Made by a program: the position numbers and the translations under genes
The notes under the pieces: generated by a model
Told to the model about the DNA's origin: nothing
The model's input: only the letters and a program-made list of their open reading frames with translations
Database searches by the model: none
Part shown: piece by piece, positions 9,108 through 18,959 of the stretch
How positions within the stretch are numbered: position 1 is the first letter of the stretch
How the letters are laid out: the number at the start of each line of letters is the position of its first letter
Source: a virus
Lineage: Duplodnaviria > Caudoviricetes
DNA length: 64,000 nt
Direction: 5' to 3' (one strand)
IMG/VR virus record: IMGVR_UViG_3300010340_001609
Span: 28,325 to 92,324 of that record

Positions 9108-12100
9108 TTAAGTATGTCTTATTCTAGTGTCTGGTCTTTCAATTAATATTTTTTCTACTTCTTTAACACCCATATGTACAGATAAATTCACTTCGACTTT
9201 AAAATTTTCATTTTTAATTGTGTATGATGAATTTGATCCCAAGCCTAAATTTGAAGCTAATCTTTGTAAATTTGTTTGAATATTAATTGGAGATAATTTT
9301 GCAAGTGTTTTAGAAGTTTGATTAATAGTGTCCACCATATCTTTTATGGTATCGGAGGTGTTTTTTATACCATTTATTCTGGCTACATTTTCTGCACTTG
9401 ACAATTGACCTTCTAGTCGTTTTAAAAGCGGAGAATTTGTAAATTCAGTTAATGCAGCTAAACTATTTGTTAGTGGCATTAAATTAGAAACGGTTATTGC
9501 ATCGGAATTTTTTATTGCAAAACGTTTTATTGAGGATACAGATTGAAAGATTTCTTTAATTGAACCAATTTTACTAGACATACCTTCAATATCAATTCCT
9601 GCAAGAGCTTGGTTAACTTGTATTTCAGAAGTCCTAAGAGTTGGTCCAAGTGTTTCTACAAATGTTGTTAATCTATTAAAAGCTTGGCGTGCTTTATTTT
9701 GATCAATATTTCCAATTTCTGTTGCAGAATTAATGGATTCTCTTATGGAAGTTACTCTTTCAGAAATGCTATTATCAGCAATAGTTCCACTTGCAGATGC
9801 TTGGGATGAAATATTTGGATTTACAGATTCGACTAAGTTTCTTTGAATCACAGGACTGCTCGCCGCGGATTGATTTTCAATTTGTTTAATCATTTGAACC
9901 CCAGGATTTTTAGACGGCGGAGGCACTGGTATTTCCATTGGTTGAATCCCAAAGAATTGTCTTATTCTTGCTGGAATTGCATTTATTAATGTGTTTAAAG
10001 ATCTTCTAAAATCTCCACTAAGTTCAGTAATCAATCTCACAAATCTTTCTTTCAAAGATTTTAATGCTTTTGTTGGTCCATCAATTAAATCATTAAAAAA
10101 TGTTCCAATCGTTAAAAATGTTCTTGAAATTGTTTTAAACCCAATTGCAAATATGTTTACTATAAATGCGAAGGCAGACGTTAGAATTCTTGCCGCTTTA
10201 CCAATTAATCCACCTCCTAGTTTTTGTTCTATCCAAACACCAAAGCGATTCAAACCAGTTCCCAACGAAGTAAATAAAGATTCAAAAAGCCCCGAAACAG
10301 CCCCCGCAATCCACGTTGGGATAGTTCCAATTGCCGTTATAATTGGCCTTACTGCATTTCCAATAACCATTTTTACTGTTGTTTCAGACATTACAGCACT
10401 TAGCAATGCTGTTTTAAGACCAGAAATTAAAATTCTTCCGAGGGACTCCGCAATTTTAATCATATGGGGTTGCGCCTTCTCAAAAGATTTTGCCAACCCA
10501 TCCACAAACTTGTCCGCTGGCCTTGCATTTGATGCGGAATCAGCACCAGCAGATAAAGCTGTAGCGATCGTTTCAAAAATTGCTGGCATTTTTGCTGCAA
10601 ATTTTCCGATGAAGAATTTTGCGCCCTCCCAAATCGCATCCCCAAATTTAGAAAGACTATCATATATTTTTCTTCTTGTTGGAGATCCTTCTGTTCCAAA
10701 TACCTCAGTAAACATTTTGGAAATTGTTGATCCTAAAGTATCTGCAGAATTACTTAATTGATCACCAGCTTTATTTAATGTGTCATTTGAAAAAATGGAT
10801 GAAATTAATGGAGCAACAACTTTTCCTAATCCCAAAAGTGCTTCTTTTATTCCGCTTAGAAAAATATAACCAACAGCTTTAAGAAAAGATTTAATTCCTG
10901 AAAAAACCTTAGACGCCCCAGGGCCAGCAGCGTTAAATCTATCTGTAAACGCAGCTTGAAGTTTTTCAAGAAGTTTTGGTAGAGCTGTCGTAGGATCTGT
11001 TGTCATTTGTTTGAAAAAATCTTTAAAAGCAGAAACAGCTTTATTCAAAAATGATTTCATCACACGAGGATTAAACATGTCTCTCAGACCACCAAAAAAT
11101 TGCTTAACTCCTGGGAATAGCTGTTCAAACATTAACCCGACTTGCCGACCAGCGTAAAATGTCATCGTTAATGATCTTGCAAGGTTTCGCATTAATTCTC
11201 TAAATTCTTTTGACATTTTAATCCCAGAGACAAAACCTTGAAGGAATCTGTCGAAAAATCCACCCTGCATTGCAGAACCAGATTTAACCAGTCTTTCAAT
11301 TGCCCCAGCGAGTTTATTTAAAACTTGTTCTTGTGTAAGTTGAGATTTTTTTGCCGCATCTCCTTTTTTTCTAATATCATCATATGACAATGCCCTGTTT
11401 TTTTGAGCAAATGCAAGAGCAATCTCAGAATCTCCAAGACCAGTTTGTTGAGCTAACAATCTTCTTTCTTGAATCGTCATATTTTCAACAGTTCTCCCTG
11501 TAGCAAAAAATGCTTTTCTTAACATTTCAAGTTTTTTAGCTGGATCTTGTTCCTGCATCATTTTAAAAGCATCAATATTTAATCCAAATGCTTGAGAAAG
11601 TTGAGCCGCACTATTTGCAGCATCTTCAAAATTCATATATTTATCAATTAATTTTCCAAGCGCCTTAACATCGATCCCTAATCTTCTTGCATAAACTGAT
11701 GCTTGGGTAAGTTCCTTGACTGCAAGGTGTCCAAAGTGTTCAAAATCTGCCATCATGTTTCCAACGTCTCTTGAGACAAGTTTCATTGAAACACCAAAGG
11801 CTTTGCTTAGTTGAATGGAAAAATTTCCAACTTGTCTGTTAATTTCATTAAGACTTTCACCAGTTGCTAAAGATCTTTGGGCCACTGCTTTTAACCCTTC
11901 ATCTGTAAATCCCAAGCCTTTATTAAATGCTCCAAGCGCTTCAGCTTCAGTCACAGACAAGTTTCTAAAGACTGCATCAATTGTTTCTCCAAGTTTTTGA
12001 GCGTATTCTCTGAAATACCTTAATCTTTCGACAAGGTTTCCAAACGTTCTCCAAACTGATAATCCTGTGTTGGCCAATTGGCCTTTCATGTTTTTTGCAA

Positions 12101-12704
12101 GGTCAATTATTGTAACTCCTGCAGTTTTGTTCAAATAACCAAATTGTTTTCTTATTTCCTCAAGTTCTTGTGCAAGTTCATTACTCCCACCAGTACTTGA
12201 CATTGAAATTAAACCTTCAAGAATTTTAAATGGAAATGCAAGCACAGATTTTCCAATTTCGAAAATACCACCACCGATCCCAGAAATCATTTGTAGAGCT
12301 GCCTGACCAGTTTGTAAAACAAATGATAATGCTTTCCCAATACCTCCAATCACGGCAATCCCAGCACTCATCTTAGTTAATTCTTTTGAGGTATCACCAA
12401 AACTACCAGCCAAACCTTTACTTGAAGTCGTTGATTCATTTATTTTGGCAGTTGCTTTTTCCATTGAAGACTGAACTGTATCGCCAACTTCAGAAGCTTT
12501 TGTTTTTGCCTCGTCAAAAGAATCAGCAAGTTTACCACCAGCTGAAGTTTTGTTAAGCATTTCATTCATTCTTTTAATGGCAGCAGTCATGGCATCCAAT
12601 ATTTTTGTTTGTTTTCCATATTGGCTATTCATATTTTCAATTTTTTCAGAAGCTTCGTCTAAAAGCTTATTTAATTGAATTTGAATTTCTAAAGTACTTG
12701 CCAT
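9108..12704 (-). CDS. Tail tape measure protein
   Basis: 1198 aa, helical, Ala/Gly/Leu/Ser-rich with hydrophobic segments; FEDAANSAAQLSQAFG; downstream of the tail chaperone gene; AGGAG RBS. Confidence 0.8.
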   Translation of the reverse strand: MASTLEIQIQLNKLLDEASEKIENMNSQYGKQTKILDAMTAAIKRMNEMLNKTSAGGKLADSFDEAKTKASEVGDTVQSSMEKATAKINESTTSSKGLAGSFGDTSKELTKMSAGIAVIGGIGKALSFVLQTGQAALQMISGIGGGIFEIGKSVLAFPFKILEGLISMSSTGGSNELAQELEEIRKQFGYLNKTAGVTIIDLAKNMKGQLANTGLSVWRTFGNLVERLRYFREYAQKLGETIDAVFRNLSVTEAEALGAFNKGLGFTDEGLKAVAQRSLATGESLNEINRQVGNFSIQLSKAFGVSMKLVSRDVGNMMADFEHFGHLAVKELTQASVYARRLGIDVKALGKLIDKYMNFEDAANSAAQLSQAFGLNIDAFKMMQEQDPAKKLEMLRKAFFATGRTVENMTIQERRLLAQQTGLGDSEIALAFAQKNRALSYDDIRKKGDAAKKSQLTQEQVLNKLAGAIERLVKSGSAMQGGFFDRFLQGFVSGIKMSKEFRELMRNLARSLTMTFYAGRQVGLMFEQLFPGVKQFFGGLRDMFNPRVMKSFLNKAVSAFKDFFKQMTTDPTTALPKLLEKLQAAFTDRFNAAGPGASKVFSGIKSFLKAVGYIFLSGIKEALLGLGKVVAPLISSIFSNDTLNKAGDQLSNSADTLGSTISKMFTEVFGTEGSPTRRKIYDSLSKFGDAIWEGAKFFIGKFAAKMPAIFETIATALSAGADSASNARPADKFVDGLAKSFEKAQPHMIKIAESLGRILISGLKTALLSAVMSETTVKMVIGNAVRPIITAIGTIPTWIAGAVSGLFESLFTSLGTGLNRFGVWIEQKLGGGLIGKAARILTSAFAFIVNIFAIGFKTISRTFLTIGTFFNDLIDGPTKALKSLKERFVRLITELSGDFRRSLNTLINAIPARIRQFFGIQPMEIPVPPPSKNPGVQMIKQIENQSAASSPVIQRNLVESVNPNISSQASASGTIADNSISERVTSIRESINSATEIGNIDQNKARQAFNRLTTFVETLGPTLRTSEIQVNQALAGIDIEGMSSKIGSIKEIFQSVSSIKRFAIKNSDAITVSNLMPLTNSLAALTEFTNSPLLKRLEGQLSSAENVARINGIKNTSDTIKDMVDTINQTSKTLAKLSPINIQTNLQRLASNLGLGSNSSYTIKNENFKVEVNLSVHMGVKEVEKILIERPDTRIRHT

Positions 12705-12720
12705 TTAAATTTCTCCTTGA

Positions 12721-12726
12721 TAATTA
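12721..12726. promoter_or_regulatory. Palindromic TAATTA candidate late promoter between divergent genes
   Basis: 16 nt before the minus-strand ATG at 12704 and 9 nt before the plus-strand ATG at 12736; member of a recurring TANTTA motif family. Confidence 0.5.
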
Positions 12727-12735
12727 ATCAATATT

Positions 12736-13008
12736 ATGGAATCAGAACAAATAACCCCAATTGGAAAATTATTTTTTTCCTCGCTTCTATCATCAATCGT
12801 AAACGGGTCCGCGTTTAACTGGAAATTACAAGGCACTCCAGAACAAACCACTGATTTTATGAAAGTTGTCACTGCTGCAAAAGAAGCATATGATGAAACA
12901 AAAAAAGGTGAACAAACAACAGTTCAAAACCTTATTACAAAAATGAATGCAAAACAAGAAGCTTTGGCTGAATTTGAAAAGAAATACGGTATTAGATTAC
13001 CTATTTAA
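12736..13008 (+). CDS. Hypothetical protein
   Basis: 90-aa ORF divergent from the tape measure gene. Confidence 0.55.
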   Translation: MESEQITPIGKLFFSSLLSSIVNGSAFNWKLQGTPEQTTDFMKVVTAAKEAYDETKKGEQTTVQNLITKMNAKQEALAEFEKKYGIRLPI

Positions 13009-13016
13009 AAATCATT

Positions 13017-13274
13017 ATGATGAAAACTAAACTTACAAAACTTGGATTAGATTCTAAATCGGCTGCTGGGGAAGTTGCTAGTTTGGAAATCGAAGCTGAC
13101 AAACTATCCGTTGCTGGCGTTGATATTGTTCTTGAACTAGAAAAACTAAAATCCAAAGTAAAAGAACAAGATGAAACAATTTCTCTTTTATCTAAAGAAG
13201 TAGATAAACTAGAAAAAGATTTAGAAAAGTCTTCTAAAAAACAACCCAAAGAAAAAGAAGCTTCAAAAGAATAA
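13017..13274 (+). CDS. Hypothetical coiled-coil protein
   Basis: Heptad-like K/E/L pattern; TATTTA at 13002-13007. Confidence 0.5.
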   Translation: MMKTKLTKLGLDSKSAAGEVASLEIEADKLSVAGVDIVLELEKLKSKVKEQDETISLLSKEVDKLEKDLEKSSKKQPKEKEASKE

Positions 13275-13275
13275 T

Positions 13276-13530
13276 TTATAATTCTTTTAATAGTTCTTTT
13301 ATTTCATCTTTTGTCCATTCAAAAGAAATCGTTGAAAATACCTCTCCGTTGTTATAATAATAATCTATAACAACGGATTTTTCTTTTGTGGAATCGTCTT
13401 CTAGCCAACGGATTGAAACCGTTGGAATTTCTCCATCTAATATATTTTTTTGTTTGATTATTTTCTTCTCGTTCATTTTATAATTTCCAACAATTAAAAC
13501 ATCTAGATTCATAGATATCTTCCCCACCAA
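13276..13530 (-). CDS. Hypothetical protein
   Basis: Likely start at 13476 (MNEKK), just after the tdk stop. Confidence 0.45.
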   Translation of the reverse strand: MVGKISMNLDVLIVGNYKMNEKKIIKQKNILDGEIPTVSIRWLEDDSTKEKSVVIDYYYNNGEVFSTISFEWTKDEIKELLKEL

Positions 13531-14059
13531 TTAATATTTGCGAATCATTTTTTATTTCATTTTTTCTAAAAGTTCTTGAAGCCTTTTGACAACCACATTT
13601 TTTACATGTGCCTTCTATTTTTTGTACACTTGTCGCCAATGATAGAATGGAAGGCATTTGACCGAATGGATTCCCTTTAGAGTCTAAGTCTAATCCAGCG
13701 ACATGAATTGTTTTACCAGTGTTTAAAAGTCTTTTAATAAGATCAATAATTTCAATATTAAAAAATTGTATTTCGTCAATTAAAAATATTTCTGCACCAA
13801 AATTAATATTTTTCCACTCTTCTTTTGGAAGGTCCAACGATAAACATGCAACATATTCTTTATCTATTTCTTTTTTAGAGTGTGTTATTATTGAATCACT
13901 AGAATATCTATTATCTATAATAGGTTTTATAACTTGGATAGTTTTTTTGGCTACTTTATTATAATTCCAAACATTATACAACGCCGTGCTTTTTCCACTA
14001 TACATTGGTCCGCAATAAACTATTAATTGTGGTAATTCTGTTTCGTTTGTTCCTGTCAT
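13478..14059 (-). CDS. tdk: Thymidine kinase
   Basis: GPMYSGKST P-loop, IDEIQFF, AGLDLDSKGNPF, CxxC...CxxC zinc site, IGGEDIYESRC. Confidence 0.95.
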   Translation of the reverse strand: MTGTNETELPQLIVYCGPMYSGKSTALYNVWNYNKVAKKTIQVIKPIIDNRYSSDSIITHSKKEIDKEYVACLSLDLPKEEWKNINFGAEIFLIDEIQFFNIEIIDLIKRLLNTGKTIHVAGLDLDSKGNPFGQMPSILSLATSVQKIEGTCKKCGCQKASRTFRKNEIKNDSQILIGGEDIYESRCFNCWKL

Positions 14060-14105
14060 GATTTACCTTAAATAACCACCGTATTTTTTTCATGCAACAT
14101 CAATA

Positions 14106-14372
14106 TTATATTCTGTTTCGTCTAGAGGTTGTATGCGGACGAGCAGAAGGATCAGGGATTAAAGATTGCACCATTGGATCATTTGCGGATAAAACATCTT
14201 TTCCGTTCGGGGTATTTGATTTATTTCGTTCGGAAATTCTTTCTTGAAGCATTTTTAAATGATATTCGATTTCTTTTCTTGTATAAGAAAAAAAATCTTT
14301 TTTAGTAACTCCAAGATAATACAAGAACAATTCCATTGGTTTTAAAATTCGCTCTTGTTTTAGAGCTTCCAA
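14106..14372 (-). CDS. Tail assembly chaperone C-terminal (GT-like) extension, probably reached by frameshift
   Basis: Frame is open from just upstream of the T9 run at the end of the upstream gene; only weak or late starts available. Confidence 0.55.
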   Translation of the reverse strand: MEALKQERILKPMELFLYYLGVTKKDFFSYTRKEIEYHLKMLQERISERNKSNTPNGKDVLSANDPMVQSLIPDPSARPHTTSRRNRI

Positions 14373-14415
14373 ATATCCGTAAAACTCTACTAGTTTTTCA
14401 GTGCTTTCGAAATCA

Positions 14416-15288
14416 TTATTTGAGCAGTGGAAAAAAAAATGAAGCGTCTAGTTTCATATCTGATTTTTCTTTATGCTTGCAATCTCGCTGACTACACTCA
14501 AAATCAAAACTAGTGTCTAGTCCTGGTTCAGTATTCATAATATGTTTTCTCAATGCAGCGCTATCTCTCGTAGAGATGTTTGTCATTACTTCTAAAATTT
14601 TTGCTCTATCTGTAATTCCATTGATAGAAATAATAACAGACGCTAGATCATGAACCAAATCCATTCTCGGATCAATTCCTGCTTTTTGTCTATCCTTTTT
14701 CTCTTTCGATACACGTTTTGCGTCTCCAACAGTCAAATATTTGTATATCACTTCAAATTGAGACTTTGGAAAAGTAAATTTAAATAAATTTGAATTTGGT
14801 TTCAGCTGAACAACTGAGTTTAAATCTATTGCTTTAAAATTTAATTTTTCCAAAATATTAAATGATATTTCTTGGACAGTTTCACATTTTGGACACTCCA
14901 TATCAAATTTATAAATTTCGTCGAAGCAAACACCTCTTAAAATAGAGAAAATACCGTCTCTATCTCCTGATAAAAGAGTGTTTACATTTAACATTTTATT
15001 TTGTAATGAAACTTGAACAATATCATCAATGACTGTTCCATTTCTAATTCTTGTTTTATCATAAAGAATAGATTCTTCTAATGGAGTCAATTCAACAAAC
15101 GTAACAATTTCTTGTTGAAACAATGGATGCCCTGGTTCATATACAGAATATCTCGCAGAAGATAATGGCACATCAACTGTATCTCTTGTTATTTCAAGTT
15201 CAGGATAATCTGATTTTACTGGCTCTGCAACATTTGAATCATTAAAAAGAGAATTATTTTTTTCAGACATAATATTATATATTAACAA
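14416..15288 (-). CDS. Tail/baseplate assembly chaperone (T4 gp26-like)
   Basis: ELTPLEESIL, LLSGDRDGIF..LR, CPKC, RDSAALRKHI...EPGLD..F.FEC...C, ending FFFP. Likely start at 15270. Confidence 0.7.
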   Translation of the reverse strand: MLIYNIMSEKNNSLFNDSNVAEPVKSDYPELEITRDTVDVPLSSARYSVYEPGHPLFQQEIVTFVELTPLEESILYDKTRIRNGTVIDDIVQVSLQNKMLNVNTLLSGDRDGIFSILRGVCFDEIYKFDMECPKCETVQEISFNILEKLNFKAIDLNSVVQLKPNSNLFKFTFPKSQFEVIYKYLTVGDAKRVSKEKKDRQKAGIDPRMDLVHDLASVIISINGITDRAKILEVMTNISTRDSAALRKHIMNTEPGLDTSFDFECSQRDCKHKEKSDMKLDASFFFPLLK

Positions 15289-15312
15289 TATTATTTTACA
15301 AATATCAATTTG

Positions 15313-16110
15313 TTATTTAACGGTTGCTTTAACTGTTTTTTCTTCCTGGGAAGTTGCTTGTGGCCTTTTAATGTTTTTTGTGGCGTCATTCATGGACGAA
15401 TTATTACTTGGGTAATTTGTCGCATTTGAATTTTGCAATGCTTTTATTTTTTCTTTTTGGGCTCCAATAATTTGACTTTTATTCTCAGTTGTTAAGCCCG
15501 TATCCAACATTACAGGTCTTCCATTTGGATCTAATCCCCAGTTATGCGGATTTGCCATATCACTTATTGCATATCCACAATCTTTCATTACTGTAACTGC
15601 AATTAAAAAATCTCTATGAGCTTTAACTTCTGCGATGTCTTCTTTTGACGCAGCTTTTGCATTATTTGAAACTATTTGTAATGCATTTTCAAATTTTTCG
15701 AACGACTCAAATTTAAAATAAGAAGAAATTTTTTCTTTAGAGCCATCATCGAGATTTTCAACTTTTTCTGCTATAACAAAAAGAAAATCATCTCCGACTT
15801 CGTAAATTTCTGGGATCAGTTGTGCTTTCTGCGCAATTTTACAGACCTTGCTTTCCGCTTTCGTTTGAGAAATAGAGCTTGCAATGTCGTATGTAGCTGA
15901 TTCTGAAAAGGAAATTTTAATTATTTTTCCATCTCCAATATCAAATGCTGTTCTATTGGAACCCATACCTATAAAAGTTAGATTTTCTTTTGCAATTTTA
16001 AAAATTATTTTTGCTCTTTCTTCTAAAGAAAAATTTTTAAATTCAGAAACTCTTTTTATTTTTGTTAACGAATCTACAGATTCAAAAATGAAAACTTTGA
16101 GTGATTTCAT
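15313..16110 (-). CDS. Protein-kinase-like fold protein (paralog 1)
   Basis: IGMGSNRTAF Gly-loop, IIKI lysine, KAE, IPEIY, ISDMANPHNWG catalytic loop, MLDTG. Confidence 0.7.
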   Translation of the reverse strand: MKSLKVFIFESVDSLTKIKRVSEFKNFSLEERAKIIFKIAKENLTFIGMGSNRTAFDIGDGKIIKISFSESATYDIASSISQTKAESKVCKIAQKAQLIPEIYEVGDDFLFVIAEKVENLDDGSKEKISSYFKFESFEKFENALQIVSNNAKAASKEDIAEVKAHRDFLIAVTVMKDCGYAISDMANPHNWGLDPNGRPVMLDTGLTTENKSQIIGAQKEKIKALQNSNATNYPSNNSSMNDATKNIKRPQATSQEEKTVKATVK

Positions 16111-16538
16111 TATTCTTCTTCTCTTGGGAAAGATTTTAATCTACCAATCGCATCCTGAACCGCAGCTTGTACTTTTGCACTCATTTCATCCATTATTTCT
16201 GCATAAGATTCTTGGAGGTCATCTTGAAGGCTATCTACAGACTGAAGATTTAAAACTTCAACTATTGTTTGTTCGAAATCTAATGATGCTTCTTGGGCTT
16301 TAACTCGCAATCTGCGTTCCGCGTTAATATCACGCCCAGAATTTGTTGCATTAACTGTAGATGTATTTAAATTTTCCGAAGAAGCGGAAGTGGTTTCTAC
16401 TTCTTCATTATCACCAGTTGATTCTGTTGGCAATAATGTTTTTTCAGCAAATGAAACAACATGTTCCTCTTTTAATCTTTTCTTTAATAAGGCTCTAATA
16501 GCAAGTCTTAATTCTTTTTCTTCAAAAATATATGCCAT
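16110..16538 (-). CDS. Hypothetical acidic protein, putative virion/head protein
   Basis: TAATTA at 16553-16558; basic leader ending LKEE. Confidence 0.5.
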   Translation of the reverse strand: MAYIFEEKELRLAIRALLKKRLKEEHVVSFAEKTLLPTESTGDNEEVETTSASSENLNTSTVNATNSGRDINAERRLRVKAQEASLDFEQTIVEVLNLQSVDSLQDDLQESYAEIMDEMSAKVQAAVQDAIGRLKSFPREEE

Positions 16539-16555
16539 TTTTTCTCTTTCTATAA

Positions 16556-17143
16556 TTAAGACGCAAAAAATATTTTCAATTTTATTAATGCATCTTTCAC
16601 CTGTTGTTTATCTCTTAATTCTTTATTTTTAATTAATTTTGATAAAAATTTATTAAATTCTTCAGGTTCAAGTTCATTAAATTTTGATTTAAAAAATTTC
16701 AACAAATCATAACTATCCTCTGTTTGTTCGACTAATTTTTCAAATTCTTCTAATGTTGAATCAGATGGAGATTTTTTTTCTTCCTCTTTTGGTTGATCTT
16801 CATTAGATTTTGAATCATCCTCTGTTTCTTGAACATCATCTCCATTATTATCTGTTTCATCTTTTGTATTTGAATTTTCACCCGAATCTACATTAATATC
16901 GTCTGGAGCTGCTCCTCCAAAACCTCCATCGGTACTATTTTCAATATTATCATCTGATGATGCATCATTTACTTTTGCACTTTGTTCCGCGTCAAAACCA
17001 TTTGTTGTTGGTTCTGCGGGTAGATTGTCTTCTTTTTCAGTAATATTTTTTTCCGCGCTCTCATTTACTATTGATTTTCTTAACATTTTAAAAACAAATG
17101 GTTTATGATTCATATTAATAATTAATAACATGAATAATGACAA
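16556..17143 (-). CDS. Hypothetical low-complexity acidic protein, putative virion/head protein
   Basis: Likely start at 17113 (MNHKPF) after TAATTA at 17119-17124; D/E/N-rich linker. Confidence 0.5.
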   Translation of the reverse strand: MSLFMLLIINMNHKPFVFKMLRKSIVNESAEKNITEKEDNLPAEPTTNGFDAEQSAKVNDASSDDNIENSTDGGFGGAAPDDINVDSGENSNTKDETDNNGDDVQETEDDSKSNEDQPKEEEKKSPSDSTLEEFEKLVEQTEDSYDLLKFFKSKFNELEPEEFNKFLSKLIKNKELRDKQQVKDALIKLKIFFAS

Positions 17144-17279
17144 AGAACAAAAAATTCTTCTTCTTATTGAAGAATTAGAAGACCGAATTGAAAAACTTGA
17201 ATCTGAACTTAAAAAAATAAAAAATCTTCAAGAAAACTCATTGGAAAAACAGCCAAAAAAAGTATTACTTAAAGATTAA
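17130..17279 (+). CDS. Small coiled-coil protein (49 aa, not in ORF track)
   Basis: MNNDKEQKILLLIEELEDRIEKLESELKKIKNLQENSLEKQPKKVLLKD; ATG is 5 nt after the palindromic TAATTA. Confidence 0.55.
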   Translation: MNNDKEQKILLLIEELEDRIEKLESELKKIKNLQENSLEKQPKKVLLKD

Positions 17280-17964
17280 TAAAATCTTCATTAAAGAATT
17301 TTTTTATTTCTTCTTTTATTTCAATTTGATTTATATAATTCTCGAATTTTTCATCTGTATAAAATTTTTCAATTGGCATGGTAAAATAATAACTTGAAGT
17401 TGAAAGTTGACCCTTTATCCAATTTTTTAGTTGTGAAAGATACCAATCTTCAAGACCAAGCATTTCCGCGATAAACAGGCTAGAACTATAAGCACGCATT
17501 TCCCAGTGATATCTTCCGTATTTAGGAATCGGAGAAATACAAATCAAGGCAAAGAAAAGAAAAACAGATCCTAGAATTAATAATTTAAATATGAAAAAAA
17601 ATATTGAAAGTATCAATAATGGTAAGCCAAAAAAAAGCTCTGGTAAATACGTTGGCTTGTAAACTATTTTATTATTTTGTTCATCTATAGCATGAATAGA
17701 TTCATGTATTATGGTTTCCATAAATCTTTTAGGATTTATCGAAGCAATTAATTCTTTGGGAAAATAAATTGTATTGTTAATTGTTGTAATATATGAAGAC
17801 ATAAAACGAGTGTTTATTTTAAAAAAAGAAAGAAAAAAACCAATAAAAGCCATCAGTTTGCTACTTTCTTTTTCAATTATTTTTATTGGTTTTTTTAATT
17901 TTTTATTTAAATGATTTTGAAAAAAATTATTTGCATTTAATAAATTTACTTCTTTGTAACTCAT
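17269..17964 (-). CDS. Membrane-associated HExxH zinc-peptidase-like protein
   Basis: TIIHESIHAIDE, two transmembrane helices, distal WEMRAY glutamate. Confidence 0.6.
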   Translation of the reverse strand: MSYKEVNLLNANNFFQNHLNKKLKKPIKIIEKESSKLMAFIGFFLSFFKINTRFMSSYITTINNTIYFPKELIASINPKRFMETIIHESIHAIDEQNNKIVYKPTYLPELFFGLPLLILSIFFFIFKLLILGSVFLFFALICISPIPKYGRYHWEMRAYSSSLFIAEMLGLEDWYLSQLKNWIKGQLSTSSYYFTMPIEKFYTDEKFENYINQIEIKEEIKKFFNEDFINL

Positions 17965-18031
17965 GTGCTTTCCTTTTACCCTGTCATAAATAATTTATTA
18001 TATACAAATTAAAATATTTATAACAATTATA

Positions 18032-18484
18032 TTGTTTATGACATTTTTTTTAACATCCTCCACAGCAAATTATGATCTGTTAGCGTCTGCAACAGATTAT
18101 AGTATGTTAACAACTAATACTTCAGACAATATAACAATTTACGATTTTACGTGTGATAACATATCCAACACTTCACGTTCTTTTATGTTTTATAATGATA
18201 TGAATAATACAATAAAAAAATTTAACAAGACTAAAACTGGTGATTATGAATTCAATTTCAATTTCTCTTCAAAACCATCTGTAACCTTAGAAGCTTTTAA
18301 TAAATGGATCATTGTTGCTCAAAATTCATTAACTTTTAAAATTGAAATACCTTCTGATATGGATTTAACGACAATTAATTTTCGATTAATTGAAATTAGT
18401 GATATAGATTATAAATTGACAATAGAAGGAAAAAAATACAATTCAGAAGATTTGCAAAAATTTAAATCAATTAAAATCTTTTAA
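18032..18484 (+). CDS. Hypothetical protein
   Basis: 150-aa ORF filling the gap between neighbours. Confidence 0.5.
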   Translation: MFMTFFLTSSTANYDLLASATDYSMLTTNTSDNITIYDFTCDNISNTSRSFMFYNDMNNTIKKFNKTKTGDYEFNFNFSSKPSVTLEAFNKWIIVAQNSLTFKIEIPSDMDLTTINFRLIEISDIDYKLTIEGKKYNSEDLQKFKSIKIF

Positions 18485-18959
18485 GTATATCTCTTTTTTG
18501 TTGACGATTTAATAAAGTTAAATCAAACAAAGTTTTACCTTCTAAGTGAGACAGTTCATGTTGAACTATAATAGAAAAATCTTCTGTTAAATTTTCTTCG
18601 TTTTCCTTGTTTCCATCAAACCATTTTATTGTTATAAACTTATGTCTTTTAATGGGTAAAAATATTTTTGGAATAGACAAACATCCTTCAGTCGTAACAA
18701 CAGTCTCTTCTGATGCCTCTATTATTTTTGTATTGAAAAACAGTTCATATTCTTTGCTATTTTCACGTTTTGCAATGAAAAAATGTTCGGTTAATCCTAC
18801 CTGGACAGAGGCCAAACCTATTCCTTTTGAGTCATCGCAGATTTTTTTCATTAATTCAATTTTTGTCTTGTAATTTTCGAAATCAAAATTTGCGATATCA
18901 ATTTCAATTCCTTTTTTCCCTTGTATTTTATTAAATAATAAAGGTTTATTATTCATCAT
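18471..18959 (-). CDS. def: Peptide deformylase
   Basis: GIGLASVQVG, EGCLSIP, QHELSHLEG. Confidence 0.95.
   Translation of the reverse strand: MMNNKPLLFNKIQGKKGIEIDIANFDFENYKTKIELMKKICDDSKGIGLASVQVGLTEHFFIAKRENSKEYELFFNTKIIEASEETVVTTEGCLSIPKIFLPIKRHKFITIKWFDGNKENEENLTEDFSIIVQHELSHLEGKTLFDLTLLNRQQKRDILKRF

Noticed and set aside
9991-10761. 256-aa plus-strand ORF (also 51515-52165 and many shorter antisense ORFs)
   Set aside because: These are shadows of well-supported minus-strand genes and carry no motifs of their own.
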